Below, piece by piece: positions 27,894 to 37,397 of a DNA stretch of 64,000 nt. Each line of letters begins with the position of its first letter. The first letter of the stretch is position 1. The notes beneath the pieces were generated by a model. That model made no database searches and was not told the origin of the DNA. It saw only the letters and a list, made by a program, of their open reading frames with translations. A program made the translations under genes and the position numbers. Origin of the DNA: Pseudomonadota bacterium (GTDB lineage Bacteria > Pseudomonadota > Alphaproteobacteria > Rhodobacterales > Rhodobacteraceae); the NCBI GenBank assembly GCA_039821125.1, contig JBCBOR010000018.1:1160-65159 (forward strand), in the 5' to 3' direction.

Positions 27894-29684
27894 TCAGATA
27901 TCGCGCCCTTGCAGGATGACCGGTGACCAGTTCGGGCTAACCGGCGGAACATGACTGAGGTCCTTGATTGCGAAGGATCCGGCACCGGAGACCACCTTTC
28001 CGCCCACAACGGTGAGGTCGGATTTCAGCTTGGCGATTTCGGCATCGGTAACAGCGAAGTAATCCCGGTCGAGCACCGCGAAGTCGGCCAATTGTCCCGG
28101 GGTGATCGCGCCCTTGGTGCCTGCATCGCCGGTGAACCAGGCCGAGCCGGTGGTCCAGAGGCGCAGCGCCTCCTCCCGGCTCAGCAGGTTCTTGTCGTGG
28201 TACATCCGCATCCCGCCGCGCGAGAGGCCGGTGGCCATCCACTGGATCGAGAACCACGGGTTGAACGAGGTCACCCGCGTCGCATCGGTCCCGCCGCCGA
28301 CCGGCACGCCGAGATCCATGATCGCGCGGAAGTTCGGTGTCTGGCGCAGGGCATCTGCGCCGTAGTTCGCGACGAAATCCTCGGCCTGGAATTGCAGCCG
28401 GTTCTGAAGTGCGATCCCGCCGCCCAGCTTGGCGATCCGCTCGAGGTTCTGTGGCGTGAAGGTCTCGACATGGTCGACGAACCAGCCGGGCACGAGGCCC
28501 GCACCCTTGGCGACCTCCTCATAGACCGGCAGCAGGCGATCGCCCGTCTCGTTATAGGTGATGTGCTGGCGGAAGGGCCATCCGCCCTCACCGAGCACGG
28601 TCATGACTTTGGTCTGATACTCCTCGGCATCCCGGTCGATATCGGGGCGGGCGTCAGCGAAGATCTCGTAATCATAGGACGCCCAGCCCAGGTTCTCGCC
28701 CGCGCCGACGAACTTCAGGATATCGTCGCCTTGGCCCGCACGGATCTCGGCGGTCCATTTCTGGTAATCCGCCAGTTCCTGGCCTTTGTGTTGCGGGAAC
28801 GAGTGATAGCCGATACGGGTGGTCAGCATGTCGCGCCCGTGCAGCCAGCGGATAACCTTGTAGGGGTCGGCATCCGGGAACTCCATCCCGCCGCCGCCCG
28901 CATCCGAAACAGAAGTGATGCCCAGCCCGTTCAGCACGTCAAAGTATTGCAGCGATGAGTTGATCTGGTCCTGGATCGACAGCTTTGGTGCGGCGTCCAG
29001 GGTCTTGTACATCACCAGTCCAGAGGGGGCGGCCAGGACCCGGCCGGTGGCGTTGCCGCCTGCGTCTTTCTCAATGATGCCGCCGGGATAGGTTGGATGG
29101 CCGGGCTGATCGTAACCGAGATACTCGACTGCCTTGGTGTTGAGCAGCGTCAGTTTATAGAGGTGATGGATAAGCACCGGGTGGTTCGGCGCAACCGCGT
29201 CGAGTTCCGCCACTGTCGGCAGCCTTTTTTCCTTGAACTGGAACTCGGAGAACCCGCCCGCGACACGGATGAACTGGCCCGCCGGGGTGCGGTCGGCCTG
29301 AACGCGCAACAGGTGCAGCGCTTCTTCAAGACTGTCCACACCGTCCCAACGGACTTCGAGATTGTAATTCACCGCCCCGCGGATCGCATGGGTATGGCTG
29401 TCGTTGAGGCCGGGGATCACGCGCTGACCCATCGCGTCGATCACTTGCGTGAATGGCCCGATCAGGCCCTGCATCTCGGCATCGGAACCCACGGCGACAA
29501 ACCGGCCATCGCGCGCGGCAAGCGCCGAGGCCTCGGGCCGCGCCGGGTCCATAGTGGTGATCCGTCCATTCAAGAGCACCAGATCCGCCGAACCGGACTG
29601 AGCAAAGGCTGCCCCGCCAGCGTTGGCGGCAATCAGGGCGGTTGATCCGGCGAGAACCTGCCGGCGGTCGAGCAGCGTGGGCAT
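27894..29684 (-). CDS. Amidohydrolase-3-family metal-dependent hydrolase with a Tat signal (periplasmic paralogue)
   Basis: Start at ATG 29684 gives MPTLLDRRQVLAGSTALIAANAGGAAFAQ (twin-arginine motif). VIPGLNDSHTHAI and GTDATRVTSFNPW. Long identical runs shared with the 26113..27834 product. Confidence 0.85.
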   Translation of the reverse strand: MPTLLDRRQVLAGSTALIAANAGGAAFAQSGSADLVLLNGRITTMDPARPEASALAARDGRFVAVGSDAEMQGLIGPFTQVIDAMGQRVIPGLNDSHTHAIRGAVNYNLEVRWDGVDSLEEALHLLRVQADRTPAGQFIRVAGGFSEFQFKEKRLPTVAELDAVAPNHPVLIHHLYKLTLLNTKAVEYLGYDQPGHPTYPGGIIEKDAGGNATGRVLAAPSGLVMYKTLDAAPKLSIQDQINSSLQYFDVLNGLGITSVSDAGGGGMEFPDADPYKVIRWLHGRDMLTTRIGYHSFPQHKGQELADYQKWTAEIRAGQGDDILKFVGAGENLGWASYDYEIFADARPDIDRDAEEYQTKVMTVLGEGGWPFRQHITYNETGDRLLPVYEEVAKGAGLVPGWFVDHVETFTPQNLERIAKLGGGIALQNRLQFQAEDFVANYGADALRQTPNFRAIMDLGVPVGGGTDATRVTSFNPWFSIQWMATGLSRGGMRMYHDKNLLSREEALRLWTTGSAWFTGDAGTKGAITPGQLADFAVLDRDYFAVTDAEIAKLKSDLTVVGGKVVSGAGSFAIKDLSHVPPVSPNWSPVILQGRDI

Positions 29685-29781
29685 AGCAGAACTCCATTCA
29701 TCAGGCCGCACGGCACCATCCGCACGGCGGAAGGCCGCGCGCCGGGACAGGCGGGTCTTGGTTCGGTTGGTCGTTTCGGTA

Positions 29782-29802
29782 GGGTGGGAGTGGCCCCCAC
29801 CC
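29782..29802 (-). other. Related GGGTGGG-N7-CCCACCC stem-loop downstream of the isochorismatase gene
   Basis: cggtaGGGTGGGagtggccCCCACCCcac. Shares the GTAGGGTGGG left arm with the 38765 element. No U-tract. Confidence 0.5.
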
Positions 29803-29814
29803 CACGGTTGTCGC

Positions 29815-30513
29815 TTACTCAGCGGCGATGGCCGGCGCTGCGACCGGGTCAATGCGTGGCCCATGCTCGACACGCTCGGGCGCTTTGTGGACCATGGTGT
29901 AGGCGTAATCGACGCCCATGCCGTAGGCACCGGAATGCTCTTTCACCAGGTCCATGACCGCGTCATAGCTGTCGCGCCTGGCCCAATCGCGCTGCCACTC
30001 CAGCAGCACCTGTTGCCATGTCACCGGCACGACCCCGGCCTGCACCATACGGTCCATCGAGTATTTGTGCGCGTCCATTGACGTGCCGCCCGAGGCATCT
30101 GCGACCATGTAGATCTCGTAGCCACCTTCCAGCATCGCGCTGAGCGCGAAGGTGGTGTTGCAGACCTCGGTCCAGAGGCCCGAAACGATGACCTTCTTGC
30201 GGTCATTCTCGGCCAGGGCATCGCGTACTTTCTGATCATCCCACGAGTTCATCGAGGTCCGCTCAAGGATCGGGTGCTCGGGAAACACGCCCAGCAATTC
30301 GGGATAGGTGTGGCCCGAGAACGCCTCGGTCTCGACCGTCGTGATCGTGGTCGGGATGCCGAAGATCTTCGCGGCCTTGGCCAGCGCGACCGTATTGTTC
30401 TTCAGGGTTTGGCGATCGATCGAAGCGACACCGAATGCCATTTGCGGCTGGTGGTCGATAAAGATCAGCTGGCTGTTCTCGGGCGTCAGGACTTCAAGTT
30501 TCTCGATGCTCAT
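29815..30513 (-). CDS. Isochorismatase-family cysteine hydrolase (YcaC-like)
   Basis: LIFIDHQPQM and VSGLWTEVCNTF (catalytic Cys context). 232 aa. Confidence 0.8.
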   Translation of the reverse strand: MSIEKLEVLTPENSQLIFIDHQPQMAFGVASIDRQTLKNNTVALAKAAKIFGIPTTITTVETEAFSGHTYPELLGVFPEHPILERTSMNSWDDQKVRDALAENDRKKVIVSGLWTEVCNTTFALSAMLEGGYEIYMVADASGGTSMDAHKYSMDRMVQAGVVPVTWQQVLLEWQRDWARRDSYDAVMDLVKEHSGAYGMGVDYAYTMVHKAPERVEHGPRIDPVAAPAIAAE

Positions 30514-30741
30514 CTCAGGGCTCCTTCACGATATGGCGCGGCCAGCCCGGCCGCTGGGATCCGAGTGCCGGGGGCGACCAACACAGCAGAGAGGTGGGAA
30601 GCCCGGACACTGCGCTCTTCCAGATTTCAGACTTTCTTTTCTGGATTTCTGCGATTCAGGGATGACGCCGCCTGAAGTTGCCCCATCCCATTTGAGAGCT
30701 ACTTCCATCATGTGGAAGCTGAGGCTGCCGGGGAGGGCGGC

Positions 30742-31614
30742 ATGTTCGCATTCGCCGACTACATGCAGATCCCGCGCTATCGATCGGCCATGAAATGGCA
30801 AGCAAACGCTGGATCTGCACGCATCGGGGTCAGGCACAGCGTGTTCGAACCCGGGCGTATCGAGGTGCCGCCGGCGAACTACTCTGCCCTTGTTCTCTAC
30901 CGCAAGCCGGCTGTGATCAGTCAGGAAGTCGGTGGCGAACAGCGACCGGCGCGCAAGTTTGTTGAGGGCGATCTTGTGCTGCGACCGCGTGGCCTTGGCT
31001 ACTCTGCCAACTATGATGATCCGGTCGAGGTGACCGTGTTCGGCCTTGACGACCAATTGGTTCAAAGCGCAACGACCGAGTTCAGCGCCGATGTCGGCCG
31101 GGCCTTTGAGCGGTTCGAAGCCAGGGCCTTTCGTGCACCGTTGATCGAGGGGCTGGCGACCCGCCTCGCCGAAAGTGCGACGGATGAGGCCCAACGGCTC
31201 TACAGCGACACCCTGATCCAGACGATCATTCATGAACTTTGGCGGATAACCAATGGTGCTTTGCACCCGTCCGAGACCTCGCCGAAGGCTTTGCCGCCGA
31301 CGCTTGTCAGTCGCATTGACGATCTGATCGCCAGCGTTCCAGGCAGCCAGATCACGTTGGAACAGCTGGCAGGTACGGTTGGAATGTCCGTGACTGCGTT
31401 TTCTGCTGCGATCAAGGCAACGACGGGGATGACGCCCTATCAGTACGTTCTGTCCCAAAGGCTGAAGGCCGCGCGCGACATGGTCGAGACGACGCCGCTT
31501 TCGCTGGCCGAGGTCGCCTATCGCTGTGGGTTCTCCTCGCAGAGCCACATGACGGATGTGTTCCGTGCAAAACTGGGCACCACACCGGGTCGCCTGCGGT
31601 CGGGTCGGGTCTGA
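30742..31614 (+). CDS. AraC-family transcriptional regulator
   Basis: C-terminal HTH LEQLAGTVGMSVTAFSAAIKATTGMTPYQYVL...VAYRCGFSSQSHMTDVFR. Start chosen at ATG 30742, preceded by GGGGAGGG. Divergent from the isochorismatase gene. Confidence 0.8.
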   Translation: MFAFADYMQIPRYRSAMKWQANAGSARIGVRHSVFEPGRIEVPPANYSALVLYRKPAVISQEVGGEQRPARKFVEGDLVLRPRGLGYSANYDDPVEVTVFGLDDQLVQSATTEFSADVGRAFERFEARAFRAPLIEGLATRLAESATDEAQRLYSDTLIQTIIHELWRITNGALHPSETSPKALPPTLVSRIDDLIASVPGSQITLEQLAGTVGMSVTAFSAAIKATTGMTPYQYVLSQRLKAARDMVETTPLSLAEVAYRCGFSSQSHMTDVFRAKLGTTPGRLRSGRV

Positions 31615-31676
31615 GCGGGTCATTGAACGTCCCTGCTGAGGGTTGAATGGCGGCGCGGACGCCGCCATCCGAAGCC

Positions 31677-32390
31677 TCAGATCGCCATATCGAAGAGTAG
31701 GAACTCGGCCTCTTTGCCGGCCTCAATCCGGACCTCTGGCTCGTTCACCAATGCGACCCCGTCGCCTGCCGTGAGTGTCTCGCCATTTGTCGCGATCTCG
31801 CCTCGGACCAACTGGATCCAGACCCCGCGGCCTGCCGCGATCTGATGGGTCAGGCTGTCGCCACCCGACAGAACCGACCCGTAGAGGTCGATGTTCTGAT
31901 GGATCGTGATCGAGCCGTCGCGGCCATCCCGTGAGCCGAGAAGCCGCAGGCTGCCTGCCCGTTCGGTCAGCGGGATTGTCTTCTGCTCATAGCTTGGCGC
32001 CAATCCATTGCTCTGGGGTATCACCCAGATCTGCAAGAAGTGCACAGGCTCAGTCTTGGAGGTGTTGTATTCGGAATGGCGCACCCCTGTGCCTGCGGTC
32101 ATGCGCTGGACATCGCCCGGCCGGATGATCGCGCTCTCGCCCATTGAGTCTTTGTGCTCGAGCGCACCGTCCAGAACGATCGACAGGATTTCGATGTCAG
32201 CATGAGGGTGCGTCCCGAACCCTGCGCCCGGCGCGACCTTGTCTTCGTTGATCACGCGCAATGGCCCGAAGCCCATGTGATCCGGGTCGAGATACTGGCC
32301 AAACGAGAATGTGTGCCGCGACTCGAGCCAGCAAAAATTGGCTTTGCCGCGTGCATCCGAAGGTCTGATGATCTGCATCGTGATCTCCAT
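31677..32390 (-). CDS. Pirin-family protein (bicupin)
   Basis: SRHTFSFGQY...GFGTHPHADIEILSIVLDGALEHKDSMG. The start is ATG 32390 or 32378. Confidence 0.88.
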   Translation of the reverse strand: MEITMQIIRPSDARGKANFCWLESRHTFSFGQYLDPDHMGFGPLRVINEDKVAPGAGFGTHPHADIEILSIVLDGALEHKDSMGESAIIRPGDVQRMTAGTGVRHSEYNTSKTEPVHFLQIWVIPQSNGLAPSYEQKTIPLTERAGSLRLLGSRDGRDGSITIHQNIDLYGSVLSGGDSLTHQIAAGRGVWIQLVRGEIATNGETLTAGDGVALVNEPEVRIEAGKEAEFLLFDMAI

Positions 32391-32486
32391 CGCTGAAGTT
32401 TTCCTGCGGGAGATCTGGCCTGCGCCATAACGGGAGACAATTGCCGAAAAAATTGACAGACTGTCCCTGAATTCGGACAAGTGAAT

Positions 32487-33371
32487 ATGAACAGGTTTTC
32501 GGAGCTCAATGCGTTAACCGCTGTGGTCGAGGCGGGCGGTTTCTCCGCTGCGGCGCGTGTCACCGGGCAATCCCGTTCGGCTCTCAACCGGCTCGTGATC
32601 AATTTGGAAGAACGGCTCGGCATTCAGTTGCTGAATCGGACAACGCGGTCGGTTTCGTTGACGAGCAGCGGGCGGGTGCTCTACGAGCGCGCCCGTCAGG
32701 TTCTGGATGATCTGGATGAGATCGAGAGCGCCGTGAGTTCGGCCCGATCGGAGCCTGTCGGCAAGCTCAGGATCAACGCGCCGCCCTCCTTCGGCGATCT
32801 CGATGTCTCGCGATTGGTCACAGCGTTTCTTCAGCAGCACCCGCGCGTCGAGATCGAACTGACCTTCGAGAACCGTCTGGTCGATCCCATCGCCGAGGGC
32901 TACGATCTGGTAATCCGCATTGCCGAACCGGACGAGACGACGACACTCGTCGATCATCGCATTCTGGTTCTCGACTACGTGATCTGTGCAGCACCGGAGT
33001 ATCTGGACCGGCTGGGCACACCCCAAACAGCGTCCGATCTGGCAGCGCATGCCACCTTGGCCCAACGGCACGGCGCGGCCTCAACGGTCTGGACGATGCA
33101 GGGGCCCGGAGGCCCGGTTTCGGTTCGGCTGTCACCGGTACTTATATCGAACAGTCTGGAGCCGCTTCTCACCGCCGCCTGCGCCGGCTTGGGTATTGCG
33201 ACCTTGCCAGCCTACGCGGTCCAATCCGATCTGTCATCCGGGCGCTTGCGCCAGATCCTCGCCGATCATGTACTGCCGCCACGCATGCTGCAGGTGATCT
33301 ATCCCCCGGCTCGGCACCTGTCGGCGAAGGTTCAGGTCTTCACGGAATTCGTTCGCAACTGGTGCACCTGA
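32487..33371 (+). CDS. LysR-family transcriptional regulator
   Basis: N-terminal wHTH FSELNALTAVVEAGGFSAAARVTGQSRSALNRLVINLEERLG. Divergent from the pirin gene, which is the classic LysR arrangement. Confidence 0.9.
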   Translation: MNRFSELNALTAVVEAGGFSAAARVTGQSRSALNRLVINLEERLGIQLLNRTTRSVSLTSSGRVLYERARQVLDDLDEIESAVSSARSEPVGKLRINAPPSFGDLDVSRLVTAFLQQHPRVEIELTFENRLVDPIAEGYDLVIRIAEPDETTTLVDHRILVLDYVICAAPEYLDRLGTPQTASDLAAHATLAQRHGAASTVWTMQGPGGPVSVRLSPVLISNSLEPLLTAACAGLGIATLPAYAVQSDLSSGRLRQILADHVLPPRMLQVIYPPARHLSAKVQVFTEFVRNWCT

Positions 33372-33508
33372 CCTGCTGTGTCACTGATGCACCGTTCACT
33401 TTCAGGTCCTTTCGCTGAATGGCGTCGACACCTCGATGCTCAGGACGCCTCTGGCAAACGGATCGCGCAACGGATCAGAAGTCGCGCTCCGGCAGCAGAT
33501 CCCGTGGC

Positions 33509-34402
33509 TCAAGACAAAATGATCTCGAGGCCGATGACCAGCGTCACAAGGAAGGCAAGATACGCCAACAGGCGGCTATGATCTTCTCCGTCGATGACGA
33601 CCTTGCGCAATAGCGTGCTCAGAACGTCCAGCAACGAGACCGTCACCAGTATGATCAGCAGGATCGCAGCGCCCGAAGCGTATTCGAAGCCACGCAGTGC
33701 CTCGGACAGCGACATGCCGATCCCGCCCGCACCGACAATTCCAAGCACGGTGGCGGATCGGACATTCGATTCGAACCGGTAGAGCACAAGCGAGATCCAG
33801 AGCGGAAGAACCTGCGGAAGGACGGCGTAGACGATTTCCTGCAAGCGGCTTGCGCCGGTGGCCTTGATGCCCTCGACAGGGCGAGGGTCGATCGCTTCAA
33901 CCGCTTCTGAGAACAGTTTCGCGAGCACGCCTGTGGTGTGAATGGCCAGCGCCAGCACCCCGGCGAGCGGGCCGAGACCGACAGCGGCCACGAAGATCAG
34001 GGCAAAGACCAGTTCGTTGATGGCTCGGAACGCGTCCATCAGGCGGCGCACGGGAAAGACCACCCAGGCCGGAGCGATGTTTGTCGACGACAGCAACCCA
34101 AACGGCACGCCCAGCACGACAGAAAGAACCGTTCCCCAGACTGCCATCTGAACCGATTCCAGCATCAGATCGAGATAGCTGCGCCAGTACCGGAAATTTG
34201 GCTCGAGGAAGTCTTTTACCATCAAGGCGATGTTGTCGCCCTGGAACAGCAGCTCCCAAGTCCGGTGCATGCCCGAGGGCACAAAGCTCCAGATCAGCAA
34301 GACAAGGAACGTTCCCCACAACAGCAGATCGAAGGTCTTTTCCTTCGCCGTGCGGCCCGGGACTTCGATATCGTCAAGAGTTCGCACAGTGGTGTCGGTC
34401 AT
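33509..34402 (-). CDS. phnE: Phosphonate ABC transporter permease
   Basis: PhnE-type membrane protein ([35 protein letters not shown]). Last gene of phnCDE. Confidence 0.88.
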   Translation of the reverse strand: MTDTTVRTLDDIEVPGRTAKEKTFDLLLWGTFLVLLIWSFVPSGMHRTWELLFQGDNIALMVKDFLEPNFRYWRSYLDLMLESVQMAVWGTVLSVVLGVPFGLLSSTNIAPAWVVFPVRRLMDAFRAINELVFALIFVAAVGLGPLAGVLALAIHTTGVLAKLFSEAVEAIDPRPVEGIKATGASRLQEIVYAVLPQVLPLWISLVLYRFESNVRSATVLGIVGAGGIGMSLSEALRGFEYASGAAILLIILVTVSLLDVLSTLLRKVVIDGEDHSRLLAYLAFLVTLVIGLEIILS

Positions 34403-34411
34403 GGCGTCGGT

Positions 34412-34449
34412 CCAGAAAAAGAAAAGACCCCCCGCAGTGGCGGAGGGTC
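34412..34449 (-). terminator. Intrinsic-terminator-like hairpin plus U-tract between phnD and phnE
   Basis: The minus strand reads GACCCUCCGC-CACU-GCGGGGGGUC followed by UUUUCUUUUUCUGG. It lies in the 63-nt phnD-phnE spacer. Confidence 0.6.
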
Positions 34450-34465
34450 GTTGAGGTACGAAGGC

Positions 34466-35476
34466 TTACTTGCGCGGGCGCGCAGCGGCAGCGGCGCGGA
34501 TCTCTTCGATCTTTGCGTCGATTTCCGCGATTTTTGCAGTCTTCTCTTCAGCCGAGTAAGTCTCGTCGCCTTCGATCGACATCCGCATGCGGATCTGGTC
34601 CATCTCGTAGAACGGCCAGAGCTGAGCGTTCGAGGACGGGATGAACGGGCCCATGGCAATGATCGCCAGGTTCTCGCGGGCCTGCTTGACTTCCTCGTCG
34701 GTGCCGAGACGGCCATAGGTCATGAAGAAGTGCATGATCTTGGCTTTCAGGGCTTCGTCCAGTTCCGGACGCCAGGCCATCGGGTCCGACGCGATCAGCG
34801 GCGAGCGCCAGATTTCCTTGATGTTCGCGAACATCTCGGGCTTGGCCTTTTTCAGACGGTGATAGAGGCCGCCCGACGAGGCAACAGCCGCGTCAACACG
34901 CTTGGTCGCGACCGAGATCAGGTTGGTCTCGTGGTTGGCGTTACGCACGGTCTTGAAGCAATCGCGCGGGTTGATGCCGTTCTGGGCGAAGACGAAGGTC
35001 GAGGGGACCAGGAAGCCCGAGGTCGAGTTCGGATCACCGATGCCGAAATCGATCTTCTTGCCGCACGAAATTACGTCCTCGTAGGTCAGGTCGCTGTCCT
35101 TATGCGTGACCATCACCGACCAGTAGCCTTGGTCGCCGTTCGCCTCGGTGGTCTGGGCGAAGATCTCGGCGCCAGCGCGGTCGACAGCGACCATGCCCGA
35201 TTTGTTGCCGTACCAGACGACGTCGACCTTGTCGAAGCGCATGCCCTCGATCACACCGGCATAGTCGGCGGCGAAGAACGGCTCGACGGGCATGCCGAGA
35301 CCCTTGGACAGATCTTCCAGGAACGGTCCCCATTTCTCGCGTTGAGCGGTGGAGTTCTCGGTGGCCAGGATGCCAAAAAACAATGTGTCTGGGTTGGTGC
35401 GTTCGTCAGCCACAACGGGGGCGGTCAGTCCGAACATCACCGCGGTGGCGACTGCCAGGCGGGTCACGAGTTTCAT
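34466..35476 (-). CDS. phnD: Phosphonate/phosphite ABC transporter substrate-binding protein with a C-terminal charged helical tail
   Basis: Signal peptide, then LFFGILATENSTAQREKWGPFLEDL...DVVWYGNKSG (PhnD family). The last ~40 aa are Glu/Lys/Ala-rich. Confidence 0.88.
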   Translation of the reverse strand: MKLVTRLAVATAVMFGLTAPVVADERTNPDTLFFGILATENSTAQREKWGPFLEDLSKGLGMPVEPFFAADYAGVIEGMRFDKVDVVWYGNKSGMVAVDRAGAEIFAQTTEANGDQGYWSVMVTHKDSDLTYEDVISCGKKIDFGIGDPNSTSGFLVPSTFVFAQNGINPRDCFKTVRNANHETNLISVATKRVDAAVASSGGLYHRLKKAKPEMFANIKEIWRSPLIASDPMAWRPELDEALKAKIMHFFMTYGRLGTDEEVKQARENLAIIAMGPFIPSSNAQLWPFYEMDQIRMRMSIEGDETYSAEEKTAKIAEIDAKIEEIRAAAAARPRK

Positions 35477-35503
35477 GGATCTCTCCTCTGTCAGGGTGGT
35501 GTT

Positions 35504-36328
35504 TCAGGCGGGAACAGCGACGCGGGCCGGTTCGAAATCGTCCGCATCCGGCAGCACCAGTTCTTCGCTGGCCTCACCGTAAATCTCGCGCAGGAAGGCG
35601 GTTGTCAGATCGCGGCTCGGGCCGTCAAAGACGACCTGTCCGTCACGCATCGCAATGGTTCGGGGACAGTAGCGGCGTGCATACTCGACCTGATGCAGTG
35701 AGACGAGCACCGTGATGCCGTCTTGCGCGTTGATCTCGGACAGGATGCTCATGACGCGCTTGGCCGAGGCCGGATCGAGAGAGGCAATCGGCTCGTCGGC
35801 CAGAATGATCTTCGCACCCTGCACCAGCGTTCGCGCAATCGCGGCCCGTTGCTGCTGTCCGCCCGACAGGGTCGCGGCGCGCTGGCGGGCGCGAGCTTCG
35901 ATCCCGACCCGGTGAAGCGCCTGCATCGCCAGCTGTTTTTCGGAATGGGTGAACATGCCAAGCGTCGCGCGCAGCCGCGGGGCACGGCCCAGCAACCCGG
36001 CGAGCACGTTTGTCAGAACCGAAAGACGTGGGACTAGGTTGAACTGTTGAAAGATCACGCCGATCTCTGTCCGGGTCCGCGTGATGTCTTTGGCAACCCG
36101 GCCCTTCGTCTGGATCGTGCGCCCGAGCACGCTGATCTCGCCGCCCGGTACGCCCTTATCTGCGCTGAGCAAACCCGAGATGTGACGGATAAGCGTGGAC
36201 TTGCCGGAACCGGATGCCCCGATCAGCGCCACCATCTCACCTTGCTGGATGTCGAGGGACACCTGATCCAGCGCGACGGTGCCACCCGCAAAGGACTTTG
36301 TCACCGTGCTGACGGATACTGTAGTCAT
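35504..36328 (-). CDS. phnC: Phosphonate ABC transporter ATP-binding protein
   Basis: Walker A GASGSGKSTL, LSGGQQQRAAIAR and ILADEPIASLD. Start set at ATG 36328 (MTTVSVS). Confidence 0.9.
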   Translation of the reverse strand: MTTVSVSTVTKSFAGGTVALDQVSLDIQQGEMVALIGASGSGKSTLIRHISGLLSADKGVPGGEISVLGRTIQTKGRVAKDITRTRTEIGVIFQQFNLVPRLSVLTNVLAGLLGRAPRLRATLGMFTHSEKQLAMQALHRVGIEARARQRAATLSGGQQQRAAIARTLVQGAKIILADEPIASLDPASAKRVMSILSEINAQDGITVLVSLHQVEYARRYCPRTIAMRDGQVVFDGPSRDLTTAFLREIYGEASEELVLPDADDFEPARVAVPA

Positions 36329-36512
36329 GTGTTCTCCCTGCGCATTGCGAGGGACACTGGCTGGAAACAGAAACAACGCTGTGAACCTGATGCTTCGGTT
36401 CTGCGACAGTTGTGTGCAGAATCTGTCACACAATCTTAGCGTGCAGAGCTGACCTTGCGCACCACGCTCGCGAAACCGCGCGGCAGGGCAGACGGCAAGG
36501 CCGCAAGGGCAG

Positions 36513-37337
36513 CTATCGAGCCATGGTCTCTTTCGTCCAGGCGCTGTAGTCCGGTGTCCCCTCCACCCGGATCTCGCCGGTGTAGCCATACTCAACCATA
36601 TGCACTGTGACGCTGGCGCCTGAGGTGAGGATCACCGCATAGGCTTCGGGCAGATCCGAAGCACTCAGCATGGTGGCTTCCGGAAAGTTTGCCCAACCCG
36701 CGTGGTTGGTGCCGCGCGGCGCACTGACAGGAACGCCGTGGAGCGAGCCGTTGAGCGGCATATGACAGTGCCCGAAGAAGATATGCCGGATCTTGCCGCG
36801 ATGCCGTGCCACCACACCACCGAACCGGTCGGCGTCGAGCAGCATGATCTGATCCATGGGGCCCAGATGCGTCGGCACCGGATTGTGATGCAGGAAGAGC
36901 CAGAAGGGGCCATCTCCCTCCGACAGTCTGGCATCCAGCCACGCCGCACGCGTCTCGCAAAAGTGCCCGGCATGGGTCTCTGGCCCCCAGGTATCCAGCA
37001 GTATCGCAGTGCCTTCCGACAGGGCGACGGTCTTTTGAACGAAACCGTTCTGATCGGTCAGATCGGGAAACACATCGACAAAGGTTGGACGGTCATCATG
37101 ATTGCCAATGCACAGATGCACCGGGATATCGACGTCGTTCAACTTGGCCTTCAATCGCATGTAATCGTCGCGCTCGCCCCAATCGGACAAGTCGCCCGTG
37201 ATGATGATCGCCTCGGTGTCCGGGTGGTTCGTCAGCGCATGGCTCAGCGCGCGATCGAAGTTGGCGTTCGGATCGCGACCGCCGATCGTCTGCCCCGGTG
37301 TTGTCAGATGGATGTCCGTCAGTTGGATCAGCTTCAT
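36513..37337 (-). CDS. Metallophosphoesterase (class III phosphodiesterase; GpdQ/CpdA-like)
   Basis: Motifs QLTDIHL, ITGDLSDWG, GNHD and FGHCH. Start at ATG 37337 (MKLIQLTD). Confidence 0.85.
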   Translation of the reverse strand: MKLIQLTDIHLTTPGQTIGGRDPNANFDRALSHALTNHPDTEAIIITGDLSDWGERDDYMRLKAKLNDVDIPVHLCIGNHDDRPTFVDVFPDLTDQNGFVQKTVALSEGTAILLDTWGPETHAGHFCETRAAWLDARLSEGDGPFWLFLHHNPVPTHLGPMDQIMLLDADRFGGVVARHRGKIRHIFFGHCHMPLNGSLHGVPVSAPRGTNHAGWANFPEATMLSASDLPEAYAVILTSGASVTVHMVEYGYTGEIRVEGTPDYSAWTKETMAR

Positions 37338-37397
37338 CGCGCCCTCGCACAGGTCATGCAGGGCGCGGCGCACCGCACCCTGCTGGTTCAGCGTTGA

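Noticed and set aside
30620-30649. Direct repeats CCAGATTTC / CTGGATTTC spaced 21 bp apart in the isochorismatase-AraC divergent spacer, and the palindrome GACAGACTGTC (32455-32465) in the pirin-LysR spacer, considered as operator sites.
   Set aside because: They are plausible from their positions, but they are short, unsupported by any known consensus I can cite, and could occur by chance. I kept them as notes only.
36401-36429. Pho-box-like 7+4 periodic string CTGCGAC-AGTT-GTGTGCA-GAAT-CTGTCAC upstream of phnC.
   Set aside because: Only one unit is a good half-site. The direct repeats are oriented on the plus strand while phnCDE is transcribed on the minus strand, and the minus-strand reading breaks the 11-bp spacing. 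It is not strong enough to call.
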